Shown here: one piece after another, positions 37,871-50,388 of the stretch | How positions within the stretch are numbered: position 1 is the first letter of the stretch | Layout: each line of letters begins with the position of its first letter | From: Gonapodya sp. JEL0774 | Taxonomy: Eukaryota | Length of the DNA stretch: 60,477 nt | Assembly: GCA_027604505.1 (NCBI GenBank) | Contig: JADIIX010000029.1 | Span: 124,001-184,477, forward strand | Reading direction: 5' to 3' | The notes under the pieces: model-generated | Seen by the model: the letters and a program-made list of their open reading frames with translations, nothing else | What the model was told of the DNA's origin: nothing | Databases searched by the model: none | Program-made: the position numbers and the translations under genes

Positions 37871-40404
37871 ATGTCATTCAAGACACCATCTCCATCTTCT
37901 CGCATGTCCCCTAACTCCGCTAAGACTCGCTCTCTCACAGCCTCAACAGCCGGACGCGGTGCATCGTCCCTTGTACCGGAGCCCACCAAACCTCCCAATG
38001 CGCGGTCCCGCCCTCCTTCTTCTGTTCGAACTGCAGCAACGTCTATCGGTGGTGCTTCAGTGTCTTGGGGAAGTGAGGCAACCGTCGTAGCCAATGCATC
38101 TCAGAGCCAGGGCTCGACCTCGGCGTCCGGCGCATCCGTCCAGCTTGTCTCCTCCATTTTCACCCCGGTCGAAACAAATCCGTCGATTGAAGTCGCTACC
38201 AGCACACCAAGCGCAGTCAACGGAACTCCTCAAGTGGGATCGTCGGCACTGGTAAACTCTGATAGAGCTGCACAAGATGTGTTCAAGCAGCGCAAACTAA
38301 AGCTCCATATGGCCGAAGCTGCGTGTGGCTACACCTCCACTTCCAGCTCTGCTAGCTCACGTGCGCAAGGGACGAAGAAGCGGAAGCAGGACGACAGCGA
38401 CACGGGCGACGGCACGTCCCAACCGGAATCCCCCCACGACTCCCCAAGGGCCCCCAATCAACTGGTCAGCGCGTCTTCATTCAACACGTCCGTAATACAA
38501 TCGGCTCCTCCGTCTCCCGCGCCCCCACCTCGAAAGAAAACCAAGCGCCATGCCTTCGTTCTTCCCTCCCCACCTCCTGCCTCCCACGTTCCTCTGATCC
38601 ATACCGCACTCGTTCCCCCTACGCGCCCACCCCTCACCTTGCAAGTCACACCGTCCTTCTTCTCGACGCCGACCCCGGCTTCGTCGTCGGATCGAAACCA
38701 TCGAAAAGCCCTCCGATGCATCCTCGCACTCCTGGCCACCCCCGAGTCGATCTTAATGAGAGATTATCTACTCGCCGAGTTGCTTGGCTACGGGTCCAAT
38801 GGTTGTGTGTTGGCCGGTTTTGAGCGTTCCAACGGGGATGGCTCCGCGCCCAATACTGAAGTCGCCATCAAGCTAATATATCAACCCACCGGCACCGGCA
38901 CCTCTCATGGTGACGGTGGAGAAGAGGAAGTTCGAATCATGGAGGCTTTGCTGAAGCCCATCGCCGGTGGACTTTCGGGCATGTCACATCGCCATACGTC
39001 CTGCTTCCGAACGATATCGCAGGACGCACCTGTGCTGCCCCAACCGTACCAGCACCCTAATCTCGTCCACCTTCGTCGTACGTGGATGGAACCCACGGCG
39101 AGGGTCGTGGTCATGGATCGTGTGAGAACCGGGGAGTGGGGTGTTGGTGTTGCAGGAGGAAAGCCAGAGGTTTACGAGTTCCGCGTGCGCAAAGGGGTCG
39201 GGGAAGAGAAGCAGGCCAGTCAGTGGAAAGAGTTTGGTGATGAGAGCATTGACGTTGACGGGGAGCCCGAATTACCCCTTTCGAGCCCAAAAGGTGCAAT
39301 CCCCGATCCGGACACGACTACCATGAGACTCTCCGCGACTTCATGCAACACCGGCACTTTGTTCGATCTGGTCGAGGCTCGGTTTGCCGCTCGACCGTCG
39401 CCCTGCCCGCCCGCCACAAGAAAAAAGTCATCTGGTTCATCCGGGCCTGGTAACTTGCCCGCCACAGCAACGCCGCCGCTTGCAATTAGCGAGCGTGAGA
39501 TTGGAATTATGTTTGCGCAGGCGGTAGAGGCTGTAAGAGAGATGCATGGTAGGGGCTTAGCACACGGCGATCTGAAGGTGAGATTGTCTTCGGAATATGT
39601 TTGGAGCAAGTTGACAAGAACCCTTCTACTGGCTGTGCGACCGCCTTTATCAATTTCTGGCGATGAATCTGCTGATCGCTCGTTCTCTTGACATTGTTGA
39701 ACCTTAGGAAGAAAATTTCCTCGTCACACCTGACCTCACCGTCAAACTCGCTGACTTTGGTCACTCTCATTTCGTCTTCCCACCATCCTCATCTTCAAAC
39801 GCACGTCCCCGTTCCGAGAGCAGCAGTAGTAGAGATCGTCAAAAGCCCTTAAAGTTGCCATATGAGGTGTACGGGACACTGGAGCTTGCTGCACCTGGTG
39901 CGTACAATCTACTGATTGTAGACATTTTGCTCAGCTCACCCGGCCCCCGACACTCAGAAATGCACGCCGCCGTCCACTCTCGCCTAACCGCGCGCATCCC
40001 ATCCTCTCATCCAACTGCTCCGCATGCTCCGTTTCCCCGTCACTCAGGGCTCCCGCAAGACATCTGGGCTCTTGGGCTGGTACTCTACACTCTATGGCAT
40101 GGGGAGTTACCAGAAGGGCATGGAGGATGGCTCGAGGGAAGCAAGGAAATTGGAACGGGAAGAGGCCGGAAAAGATGGTACGGTTGCGAAATGGGGAAAT
40201 GTGTACCAACTGGTAGGTTATTCCGTCAGGAACTCGTGATAGATTCACGCAAGGCCGATTCCTATATCTATTTTCTCACTTTTCGCACCAGACTGCCGAG
40301 AATTGCTCCGCAAGATGCTGGCTATGGATCCCGCTGAGAGGGCAACGATCGACGAAGTGGCGGAACATGGATGGACGAAAAAGTGGGCTACTGCCTTGCG
40401 GTAG
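37871..40404 (+). CDS. Divergent Ser/Thr protein kinase (CAMK group, PASK/PIM-like) with long low-complexity N-terminus
   Basis: LGYGSNGCV, VAIKLI, HPNLV, HGDLK|EENFL, KLADFG, YGTLELAAP|E, DIWALGLVLY, MLAMDPAERATIDEV. Confidence 0.9.
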
Positions 40405-41116
40405 GTTGGAGCTAGTAAAGGGCCAGGATACGCACTTCGTGGACAGCATGTGACAGACTTATATTTTGGAGCTATCTGAGAATGAAGAGGATGCACAGAG
40501 GGATTCTGTCTACTTTTTTGGGGCTTGTGGTATTTCAAAACGGGATCGCGGTAGAACGAGGAGATGGAAGCTTTGCTCTTTCAACAACGACGGAACCAAC
40601 AACATTACTATGAGCCACGGGTGGGATGAAAGCTTTTTGTGGGGTGGTTACTGGCGCAAAGAATACCTCTTTTACGTTTCCGGTTCCTGAAAAGAGGAGC
40701 CCATGTACTTTACTTGAATGTACCAATGGGGAAGTTCGTGAATATTTCAATCTGCGAACCTGTACGCATGATGACTTGATTGACTTGACAGTCGTGCATG
40801 TCACTAGAATGACTGTTGAGCACGGGGTGGGCCGGATGAAAGGGCAGGTTATCCATAAAGCTATGAACATCATTCCGTCCAATATGCAGAGGCAATGGAT
40901 GAAAACCAACTTCATTATTTATTATGTAATAACGCTCAATTACGACTAGCTTGAACATGAAAGTATACAGATGTAATTAGCGAGAAATGATAGAACAAGA
41001 AGAAAATTCATGATGCTGGCAAGTCACCGGTGCAAACCAAACAGAATATGAGCAGCGCGAGGCTCTGAACAGGGCAGTGGATGAATCCAGCAGTGATATG
41101 AAATTGATAGGCGCTT

Positions 41117-43095
41117 TTAGAACCCCATGCCCGCCCCCGTGCCACAAAACCGTTCCACCATACCCAAAAACACAGCGACGCACACCAAATTTGTCACCGC
41201 CGTTTCCACGGGTCCACTACCAACGGCCGGATCCCATCCCACGGTCCGACAACCTATCGGCCCGAGGACCCCAAGCACACCCGAAACGGTACATGCAAGC
41301 AATACGCTCGCACCAACCACGAGCGCAAAAATTAAATTAAGGGGGTAGGGTGACGGATGAGAGACGTATGCAGCAAGTCCCAAGATGGACCCACAAAGGA
41401 GTCCCGATAAAAATGAGAAGAGCGTTTCGCCAAGGAGGAGTCGGAATGTGCGGGAAGCTAGCCGGACACGACGAGCACGGGATCGGAATGGCTCCGTGGT
41501 TTCGGTGGGGTGTTTGGCGGAAGTTGGTGTCGTGTACTGGGTGGGGGTAAAGTACTGAGGTTGTTGGTGGCTTGTGGCGGTCGTGGGGCTGGCGGTAGGG
41601 GGGTGGCGGAAGCGAGACGGAAATGGCATGGTTTTGAGTGTTCGGAGAGCGAGTTCGGATGATTGGACACCGGTGTTTCCTTAAGATAGGGTCACGGAAT
41701 CACACGTGTAAATACAGGGCTTCACTGGGTGACATTTCCACGATCACAAACTAACCCACCAGCCGCAGATACCACCACCGGTACGAAACCAGCCACCAAC
41801 CAACTGCTCCGCACGCCCACTTGGAATATGGTCATCAACTTGCCTACCAGGATATCGAGGCATACGGCGAGCATGATCGCAGGTAAGCGAGGTAGAACTA
41901 CCTTCCGCCACCACCGGGACCAAGTGGAACTCTGCTGGCCTGGCCCATGAGAGGGATTGTGGCGCGTGTGTCCGGAGCCGTCCTCCGCGTCTCCGAGCGA
42001 ATCCGCTGCATCAGACTCAGGATCTCCTTCACCATCTAGAGGTGATCTAGGGCGCGGAATGATAAAGTCGGCGACTCGAGCACTACGGGAGAGATGGAGA
42101 TGGCTAATGCGGGCACGAATGACATCAGCGATCGCAAGTGAAGCCCGATCAACCGAGTCAGCAGTCGCTGTACGACGGCGTTTAGGGCGACGACGAGTCA
42201 CTTTGATGGGATCCTCTGGCGAGGGAGTAGTGAGGGCTGCTGTGGAGCCGTCCTTAACACTGTAGTCCACAGTGAACAATCTGTTGACAACACGGGCTCG
42301 GGAAACGCTCAGCAAGTCGTGCACTTCAGAGTCTGACTCCTCATCCATATATGTTTGCGGCTCAGGAGAGTTTGCAGTGGTTAATTGATAGCGGTGTTTG
42401 GTGGTCTCCAGGGTATGAAGCAGGTCAGCAAGGAAGTCAAGTTCGGAGGTAGAAGGTGATCGCGAGGGCGCTAACGGTGGTTTGATTCGGGCTGATGTGT
42501 ATGTCTGGAGCGGAGACGGTGTTTCAAACGTGTTTCTCAGTCGTTCACCCCGGGGTGCGACCTCCAACGCCTCAGTACGACTTGTGCTGGAGGTAATGAG
42601 CGGCGTCCTTTCGTCGTCCGCGAAAGGATCCGGCTCGTCCGTAGCAGATATTCCCAATTGTCGTGTGGGTTTGGGAATTACCAGACCGCGTCGTGAATTC
42701 CTACGGTCGAAAATTGGCTCCTCGGTATCCGTACTGCTCTCCTTGCTGACCGCCAAAAACGCCCCTTCTCTGACAACAGTGGCTCGCGACCCTACGCTGA
42801 CCATTTCACTTTCCACTTCAACGTTCGAGGCGGAGCCCGCTCTTGACCGCGCGCCACGGGTACCCCGTTCGAGGTCAGAAATGGTCGACATCACCAGAGA
42901 ACGCACCGAGCCACGTACAGAGCGCGGACTCGGCGGTGCTTCTGGAGCATTCTCTCGATTGACAGTCATGGCACCGCGCAAGCTCGAGGCGTTGGTGGCT
43001 GGCGATCTCTCCAGCGGCGGACCGGGGCGACTCGAAATGTCCGGGCTTGTCGCAACACGAAGATGAGGCAAAACGGAGTCAGGCGATCTGGACAT
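41117..43095 (-). CDS. MgtE-family divalent cation transporter (single MgtE membrane domain after a long disordered N-terminus)
   Basis: RLPAIMLAV; FVPVVVSAA|GNTGVQSSELALR (PX6GN motif across an intron); GWDPAVGSGPVETAVTNLV (PAX4PX6[D->N]). An upstream exon is possible. Confidence 0.82.
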
Positions 43096-43561
43096 TGCCA
43101 AGTTGGGCAAGCTTGCAGATTTGGTATATTCCAATGCTTCTGCGGATGCGCTGTGATAACACCGACACTGTCTGGATCATCACATTAATGTGATACATTT
43201 TCAAAATAAACACAAAGCACATGAGCTATTTCCACACAGCAACTACCAAATATTGTAGGACTGGCGAAAAGAGCGATAAAATAACGCGATAGCAAGTTTC
43301 GAGGAGCTTTTCTTTAAACTGCTCGTTCTTACCCTTGGTAGAACGGAAATGCAAACTGCAACTGCCCCTTCCGTAACTACAGCTTCTGTGGAGAAAGTTT
43401 GAGAGTATCAGAGATAATGATACATTATTGAGGGAAGTAGAGCAACTACCGTATTCAAGTCACATTTCAATAACTGATCAAAGTAGAAGGTTGTTCATTC
43501 GCTAAGACGTTTCGCTATTCTTGCCCTCTAAGATGCTTCCTATAGCACACCTGAATGTGTT

Positions 43562-44170
43562 TCATCGTAAGTTCTGTATTCCAAGCAGCAATTCAGCTGC
43601 ATCCAAATATCCAGCTGCCGGAGAGTCGTGGGGACGGCCCAGCCCTCTTGTTCCCGATTCAGGTGGTGAGCTTCTTGGCGCGATTTCAGGCGAGGAGAGT
43701 GCAGTAGCTGAGGGTGGAGTTTGTACCGGCGGTTGTTTACGCTCTCGATTGCGTACATTTGCGACCACCTCAGCTCCGAACACTTCAACAGCCCTGGCGC
43801 CAATCAATTCTTTTCTAATAGCTTCGACCCATTCTTTTCCTCGCCGCGGAAGCCCCGCGAGCATGCCGCTTCTCACTAATCTGTCCTCCATCTCTTCGAA
43901 TGGGCTTTTAACCCTTGTTTCATAGTCGTCTACTATTGCATCATCGACCTTTTGTGCACCAGATATCGAACGTGCAGCTTCAGCGAGTCGGATTTCAGCG
44001 TAGAGGGAACGCCGGGTAGTGGAGCTGGGTGGATACTGGTGGAGTGAGGTGGAGAGTGCGATGCGTGCGATAACGTCGTCGGAGGAGACGGCAGGAGACG
44101 TATCGTGTGTTCCTAAGCGCTGCCGCATTTCAGAGGAAGGTGGGGAAGCTTGCGGCGCACGACTCATCAT
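43562..44170 (-). CDS. Hypothetical protein (~200 aa)
   Basis: Uninterrupted 202-codon ORF with plausible helical composition, between two minus-strand genes; no family recognised. Confidence 0.5.
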   Translation of the reverse strand: MMSRAPQASPPSSEMRQRLGTHDTSPAVSSDDVIARIALSTSLHQYPPSSTTRRSLYAEIRLAEAARSISGAQKVDDAIVDDYETRVKSPFEEMEDRLVRSGMLAGLPRRGKEWVEAIRKELIGARAVEVFGAEVVANVRNRERKQPPVQTPPSATALSSPEIAPRSSPPESGTRGLGRPHDSPAAGYLDAAELLLGIQNLR

Positions 44171-44550
44171 TGTCTGTCAACTGGGTTGGGGGACTCACCG
44201 CATGCCCGTATGCACGTCGCATCCTGAACTCCGAGTGAGGTCCCCACTTTCTCTCAGACCGTTTGCAATGGAACATCAGGATTCTTACGATTAACTATCT
44301 TGGAACTACTCTCAAGCGAAATACGCGCAATGGTGTCTGAACAGTGAGGGCCGTGCGCATCACAGAACTCCAAAAATGGCAAGAGGCCTTTCGATTGAGT
44401 AAATTTCTATTAGAGTGCTTTGTCAAGAAAGGCCACTATGCAGTACTAGGTAGTGAAAAGGTGTTTTCTCTATCTGTGCTCAGTGTAGGTGAGTAAAGGA
44501 ATGTATGTATCGGCCTTCAAGTGTGCTAATGAGCAATGCGACATGGAGAA

Positions 44551-46723
44551 TCAAAGCTTCAGATGCTCTGTTGTTACTTCGTCCAGATATTGGTATTCGT
44601 CAGGATCCTCGCCCGGTTCCTTTGCACTGTGCCTGCTGGTGCTTTGTAGTTGTTCTGCTTCAGGATCTTTCCTGTCCACCAGAACTCCTTGGGTGTGACT
44701 TTCTTCTTTTAACTTGTCTAAAATGCCCACCGCAGATTCCAAGTCTGACTCGTCCACCAGAACGTTCGCAGTTTTGTAAGTCGAGAGGTACAGAAGGTTT
44801 ACACCGGCAGAAGTGAGGGGTTCGGCCATTGAGTAAACGATGCCATAGCGATCTGATAATGAGACCCACGAGTACTGAGGCGACGATGACAGCTTACCGA
44901 AACACGAATTTTTCAGTGCTCACCCAACCCGAACTGCTCCAAATCCACCTGAATACATCTCACCGCTCCATGCTGCCCGCCAGGCTTGTGCACCATATGC
45001 TCTCCGAACTCTTCGAGCACACCCTCTTCGGCAACAACACTCACGCCGTCCTCTGTCGCGGTATAACTGAAGAACCTGTCCGCACCACCCGCGGTACCGT
45101 GCTCAGGGTAGAAAATGAGCTTTACTAGCCTGACACCCCACCATTCTGCATAATCGCGGTTCAGACCGACCAATCGCAACGTATGTGAGAGTACATGGCG
45201 GCGGGTTTCCCGGCGAACCTCAGCTAGCATAGACTCCCATGGAATGTGGTTGCGGTGTTCGGATTTGGAGGCGTCGATATCTGGGGCTGGAGCGGCAGTG
45301 ATTGCACGGCGAGCAGATTCAGTGAAATATGACGGTGTGGTGGGGCTCTTGTACGAATAAGCGAATGGCAAACTCCCCGTCGTGTCCGTGACCCCCGAAG
45401 CAGACGCTGAGGCCGAGGTCGCCTCATCCGCGTCGTCGTCACCATCCAGGACACTGCCGCGGCGTGTGAAGTGGTCGACGTTTGGTGGCCGCTTGTTTCG
45501 GAGGCGAGAGGGATGTGTCTGGCCAGACGGGTGCCGCCGGGTTGTAAGAGGTATTGGTTGTGGAGACGAGGGGAGAGAGGTAGCCAGGACATGACCAAGC
45601 GATGAGGCTTTGAGAGAGGGTTCCGAGGGTTTAAATGACACAATCGGATGCCAGATGCCAGGTGTCGACACTTACCAGTGGCAGGGGAAGACCCACTCTC
45701 CGACAACGGCCCATTCGACGGTATGCTAGGATGTACACCAGCTGCCAATATCCCAGAGGACTCCTCGCCGAGTGATGTCCCACTTAACCCGCCTTCTTTG
45801 CGCCCCGTTTTAGCTGCCATTGCTGCGACTCTTCGAACTATCTCCGCGTCTTCAAAGGCATTACTTCCTCGGGCGCTCAGCGACCGCCCTCCCACAGAGC
45901 CCGCATCGGAGCGTCCAGAAGTGTTGGGGTCGATGGTAAGATCGAGGGAATCCAGCTCTACGAACTCCAGACCATTGCGCTGAAGGGTGCTGACAACGTA
46001 GGAAAGCCGTCGTTCCTTGACAAATACGAAATCCGTCTGGTACGTCGATAGAAAAAAAATCGAAATGCCTGCCCGTGCCAGGGGTGCCGACAGCTCGAGG
46101 ATGCGCTTTCCGGACGATTCTGAGATACCTTCCCCGCGACGTAGTTACAATGTGAGCTGGTGTTCCCCATAACGTGGTGCAGTATTGCTCCTCTCTCCAT
46201 ACTCACCGCCGTACTCGTTTTCGATTTCAAGTGCCCGAAAGGGCTCCCCAGCGATGTGAAGACCAGGGCACAGAGGTGACCCACTTCCGGGGAAATCTTC
46301 CGCAACGATCGAGACATCAGCGATGACGGAGACTTCAAGAGCATTTTCTGTATACGAAAAGAAAGCGCCACGGCTGCGTGAAGATTGGATTTGGGGATAG
46401 TGAGACATTCAGATAACGGAAGGAACTGCACCGAGCTTCTGACGCCCCTTGGGTACCAAGTTGCGAATGCCATTCGCGGTTTCCAGTAAATCCCGCCCGG
46501 CCCGCTCGCGCCGACAATCCTCTGTGATTGCCGGGGATGTTCCAGCAATGCGAGTCAAGCTCGGTTGAATCCTCACCTGCGGGGAAACAAAAGATTCCTA
46601 ATCACCGCATGCGCAATACAGCGCAGTGACGATTTGGGACACGTGAGAATTTGGAGCCTATTTGGGAGAATACTGACGGACATTCTTTGCTTCGAAGGAG
46701 AGCAAAGGAAAAAGTGCAGCCAT
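44551..46723 (-). CDS. CASTOR/GATS-like tandem ACT-domain protein; 5' exons tentative
   Basis: Two repeats: FFSYTEN..EVSVIAD / LSAPLARAGISIFFLSTYQTDFVFVKE, and FFSYTATEDGVSVVAE / MAEPLTSAGVNLLYLSTYKTANVLVDE. Confidence 0.85.
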
Positions 46724-47004
46724 GATGAATGTCCGCACAATTAATTACATGTAATATGTAACAGGTGCTCAGAAATGTATTCTAATCTTGTACATGATGA
46801 ATGTCAAGCAAAAATCGCATACGGTCATTCATTCTAGTCGTAGTTGTAAGACAGAGATCTAGCCTTTTTGAACTGATACACAACCGCTTGTCAGTAATGT
46901 GAGGACAACTGCAAAATTATATTATATCTACAATACTGCACAAAGCTCGCACTAGTGAGCAAACATGGCATTTAAACTAGTCAGAAAGATACCACAGACA
47001 CAGA

Positions 47005-49302
47005 TTAGGCATCCGTCTTCGCGGCAGCTGCTGCAGCGGCCTCCTTCTTCTCCTTCATCTCCGCCATGATCTTTCTCTCCTCTTCTGTGATTGCGGCGTA
47101 TCCAAAGACCTCGTCCATCTCCTCGAGAGACTTGCCCTTGGCTGTTGACCGGTCAAAAAACAGATAAGTCCGCCAGCCACACTCCTGGGTTCAAACGCCA
47201 ACGTATACTCACTCTCAGGAACGAAAAAGTAGACGAAGGCGTGAGACAGAAGCGTGGTGCATCCGAAGATGGCGTACTGCCAGTTACCTAACCCAGCAGC
47301 CTGCGGCCAATACTTCACGACAAAGAAGTTGAAACTGGAATGGTACCAGATTGTCACCAACCGAAATTAATGCGACACAGAAATTCCGTGTGCTGACTCA
47401 CATCCAGTTGGACGTTGCTCCAATAGCAGCGCCCTTTCCTCGGGCACGCAGGGGGAACGTTTCACCGATGTAAACCCAAGCGACGGGGCCCCAGGAGAAA
47501 GCAAATGAGATGATGAAGAAGTCTGAAAACCGATATTTTAGAGGAAGCTTGGTACCAATGTTATGTAGGAGAAGGTAGGGAGAAGGTACACTTACAAATG
47601 CTCAGCACCCCCAAGGAACCGTACACTTTCCCCTTCACGGAATCCGGATCAGCGACCAATGCACCACTCGCGTTGACGATTTGAGTGCCGTTGAAAAGAC
47701 CGACCCAAAGGACGAGCGACCACGAAGCGATGCACATGCCGGCCCCACCAAGGAAGAGAAGGAAACGGCGACCAACCTTGTCGATCGCATAGATTGCAGG
47801 ACCAGTGAAAATGACCTTGAGCACGGACTGAAGAACAGTAATAAGCTTGGTGGACCTGAGCGACGGGGTGGGAAGGTAAGTTTACAGATGGAATAAGCAA
47901 TTGCCAAGTGGAAATATCCGAGGCTCACAGATCCTTCGAGATACCCATTCCGATAAACAGAGAAGAAGAGTAGTAGTTAATGGCTGTGCGAGCATACGAT
48001 CGGGAGTCAATACATGACACCACCATGGTCTCAACTCCCGTGAAGCCTTGCGCTCACCGTTGACACCAGACATTTGTTGGAAGAGCAGAAGACCGAAAGA
48101 TGCAAACGAGCGAGGACGGAGGGGAAGAGTCCACATCTCGACCCACGAAGCTTTCGGCATGTGCTTCTCCAAATCAATGGAGTCCTTGACATCCGCGAAT
48201 TCTTTTGCGACCCAGGCGCTGTCAACGTCTTCGCCGTTGAGACGTGCCAAAATCTTCTTCGCGAGTTCATCTTTCCCCTTGGAGAGAAGAAAGCGCGGAG
48301 TCTCGGGAAGAACGAAGAGAGCGCCGAAGAGGAAGACGACAGGCACGATCTTCAAAACCCAAGATATATTGCGTGAAGGAAGTGCTGGAAACAGGAAAAC
48401 CCGCGTCTCACCTGGATACCGAATGCAACCCGCCAGATAGCGTCGTTCCTCTGATCCATGACGGAGATAAGGATGGCGTTGATGATGTTCGATGTCATGA
48501 TACCAGTGACGATCATGAACTGCCATAAAGTTCCAACTGAGTAAGACAATTCCGTCATGTTACAAACGGGTGAAAGACAGGGAAAGACAACAGACGTCAA
48601 TGAGGACTCACTCCGACCACGAATGATTGTTGGAGCGCATTCCGCGATGTACAGGGGAACCGCTCCTGTGAGGCACCCGCACCCCATGCCACCAACAAAA
48701 CGTCCAGCGTAGAAAGAGCCAACATTCCAGGCTACAGTCTGAATGATACAGCCAATCAAGAAGAAAACGCTGGCACCAAAAATGGCGTTCTTGCGACCGT
48801 TGAGGTACTCTAAAGGAGGGCGACATGTCAGGCTAACAATGCATGCAGCATCTTAAGGAGATAAATCGAACTTACCAGAGACGTAGGAGACAGAGAATGC
48901 GCCGGGAATGCAACCGAGAAGGAAGATCGATGTTAGCCAGCCTGAAGTGTCGGCAGAGTTGGTGGTAGTGGCAAGGGAGCCATCAGCCTTGTAGGTCGAG
49001 AGCGTGAAGTAGACGCGGTAGCTGCAAAAGATTGATTGGTTGTGTCAACATGAGGGCGCCAGGAATCGGGAAGATAGCTTTAATGTTGGGAAGACTAACG
49101 CGTCCATGTTCAGCACTTGGTTCATGATTCCTGTACGAAGAAACGATCAGCCAGAGCTCGCTCGCGAGTGTGGAGACATTAATCTAAAGTCCCAATGTCG
49201 AGACACGTTCCACTCACCCTGTTCATAACCGAACAAAAACCCGCCAAAGGCACATGTTGCTGCGACTCCGATAGCGTATCCGTGCTTCCCGAATATGCCC
49301 AT
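47005..49302 (-). CDS. MFS sugar porter (hexose transporter-like), multi-exon
   Basis: AFGGFLFGYEQG; GRFVGGMGCG...VPLYIAECAP..IRG; PETPRFL; FQQMSG; IDKVGRR; SWGPVAWVYIGETFPLRARGKG; FFVPE|KGKSLEEMDEVF. Confidence 0.95.
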
Positions 49303-50388
49303 GCTGCCGACCGTCTCCAAGAGAATGTTACATTTTAGAGCGCGGTCGGTTTATATATGTAGCAAAAAGTGCCCGAAACCTTATTTCGCAAAAGGGCCGC
49401 TAACCCTCAGCACAAACACACAATGTCCCCCCACAGGAAATGAAAACAAAGGTAAACTACCTGCGACGAACCTGGCAAGAATGAAAACTCTGCAAGAACA
49501 GACCGAACCGCGTCTTACGCTTGAAATTTCAGAAGCGACAACGACTGACACCCATAAGATTGAGAACAAACAACGAAGAGCGGGACCAAGCAATCAGGGT
49601 ATCCGCCGACAACCAGACACGCGATCTGTTCCAGTTGTTAGTTCTCCGAAACTAGTGCTTAACGTCACATTTATGTACACCCCAGTTGGTTTCCCAATTG
49701 TTTCGTGACCAATATTTGCCGATGATTATGTATCGGATCCCGATCCGCATGACCTTCTATGTCACGCCTAGGAGACGTCCTGACCAATAGAGTCCGGTGC
49801 AAAAGTTCCATGCCGACACTTGTCAATGTTGAAAGAAAGATATACTAGGATGGGAAGAACCTATCGCTGTTAATCTATAATAAGCATTCACTAGGAGACG
49901 GGTATTCTGTCCGTTGAGAGTACGCCGGCAGGTCCCGGACCTCCGTACGTCCAGCAAATAATGTACATAGCGCCATGTGCAAGACCATCGAAGTATCAAT
50001 GGCGCGAAATCCTTGCACCTTTGCATTTACAACATTTACGTTATCATGGTAGATGATCAAGGCTGAGGCCTCAGACACCACACCGGCTGTTCGCTGCTCA
50101 TAGATTCCTAGCGACAGGAGCTACCTCTACTTTAGTTGATCTGTCTTATAACTATTATATATTGTAGTGTCGCCGCGGCGCTATATTGAGCCACATCCAG
50201 CTCTTGGATGTGTTTAAAAGCCATCTCGATTGCCACATTCATTCGTTAGCGTTGATTCAACCAAGAATATGTATTTGTAATTTTGCTTTATTCTTCGTGG
50301 AACTGAGGACTTTGTCCTTTTTCTGCTTCAACCCCTCACCAGTCAACGGTCTCGAAAGAACACTTCTTTGGACAAATCTTGCTGTTCA

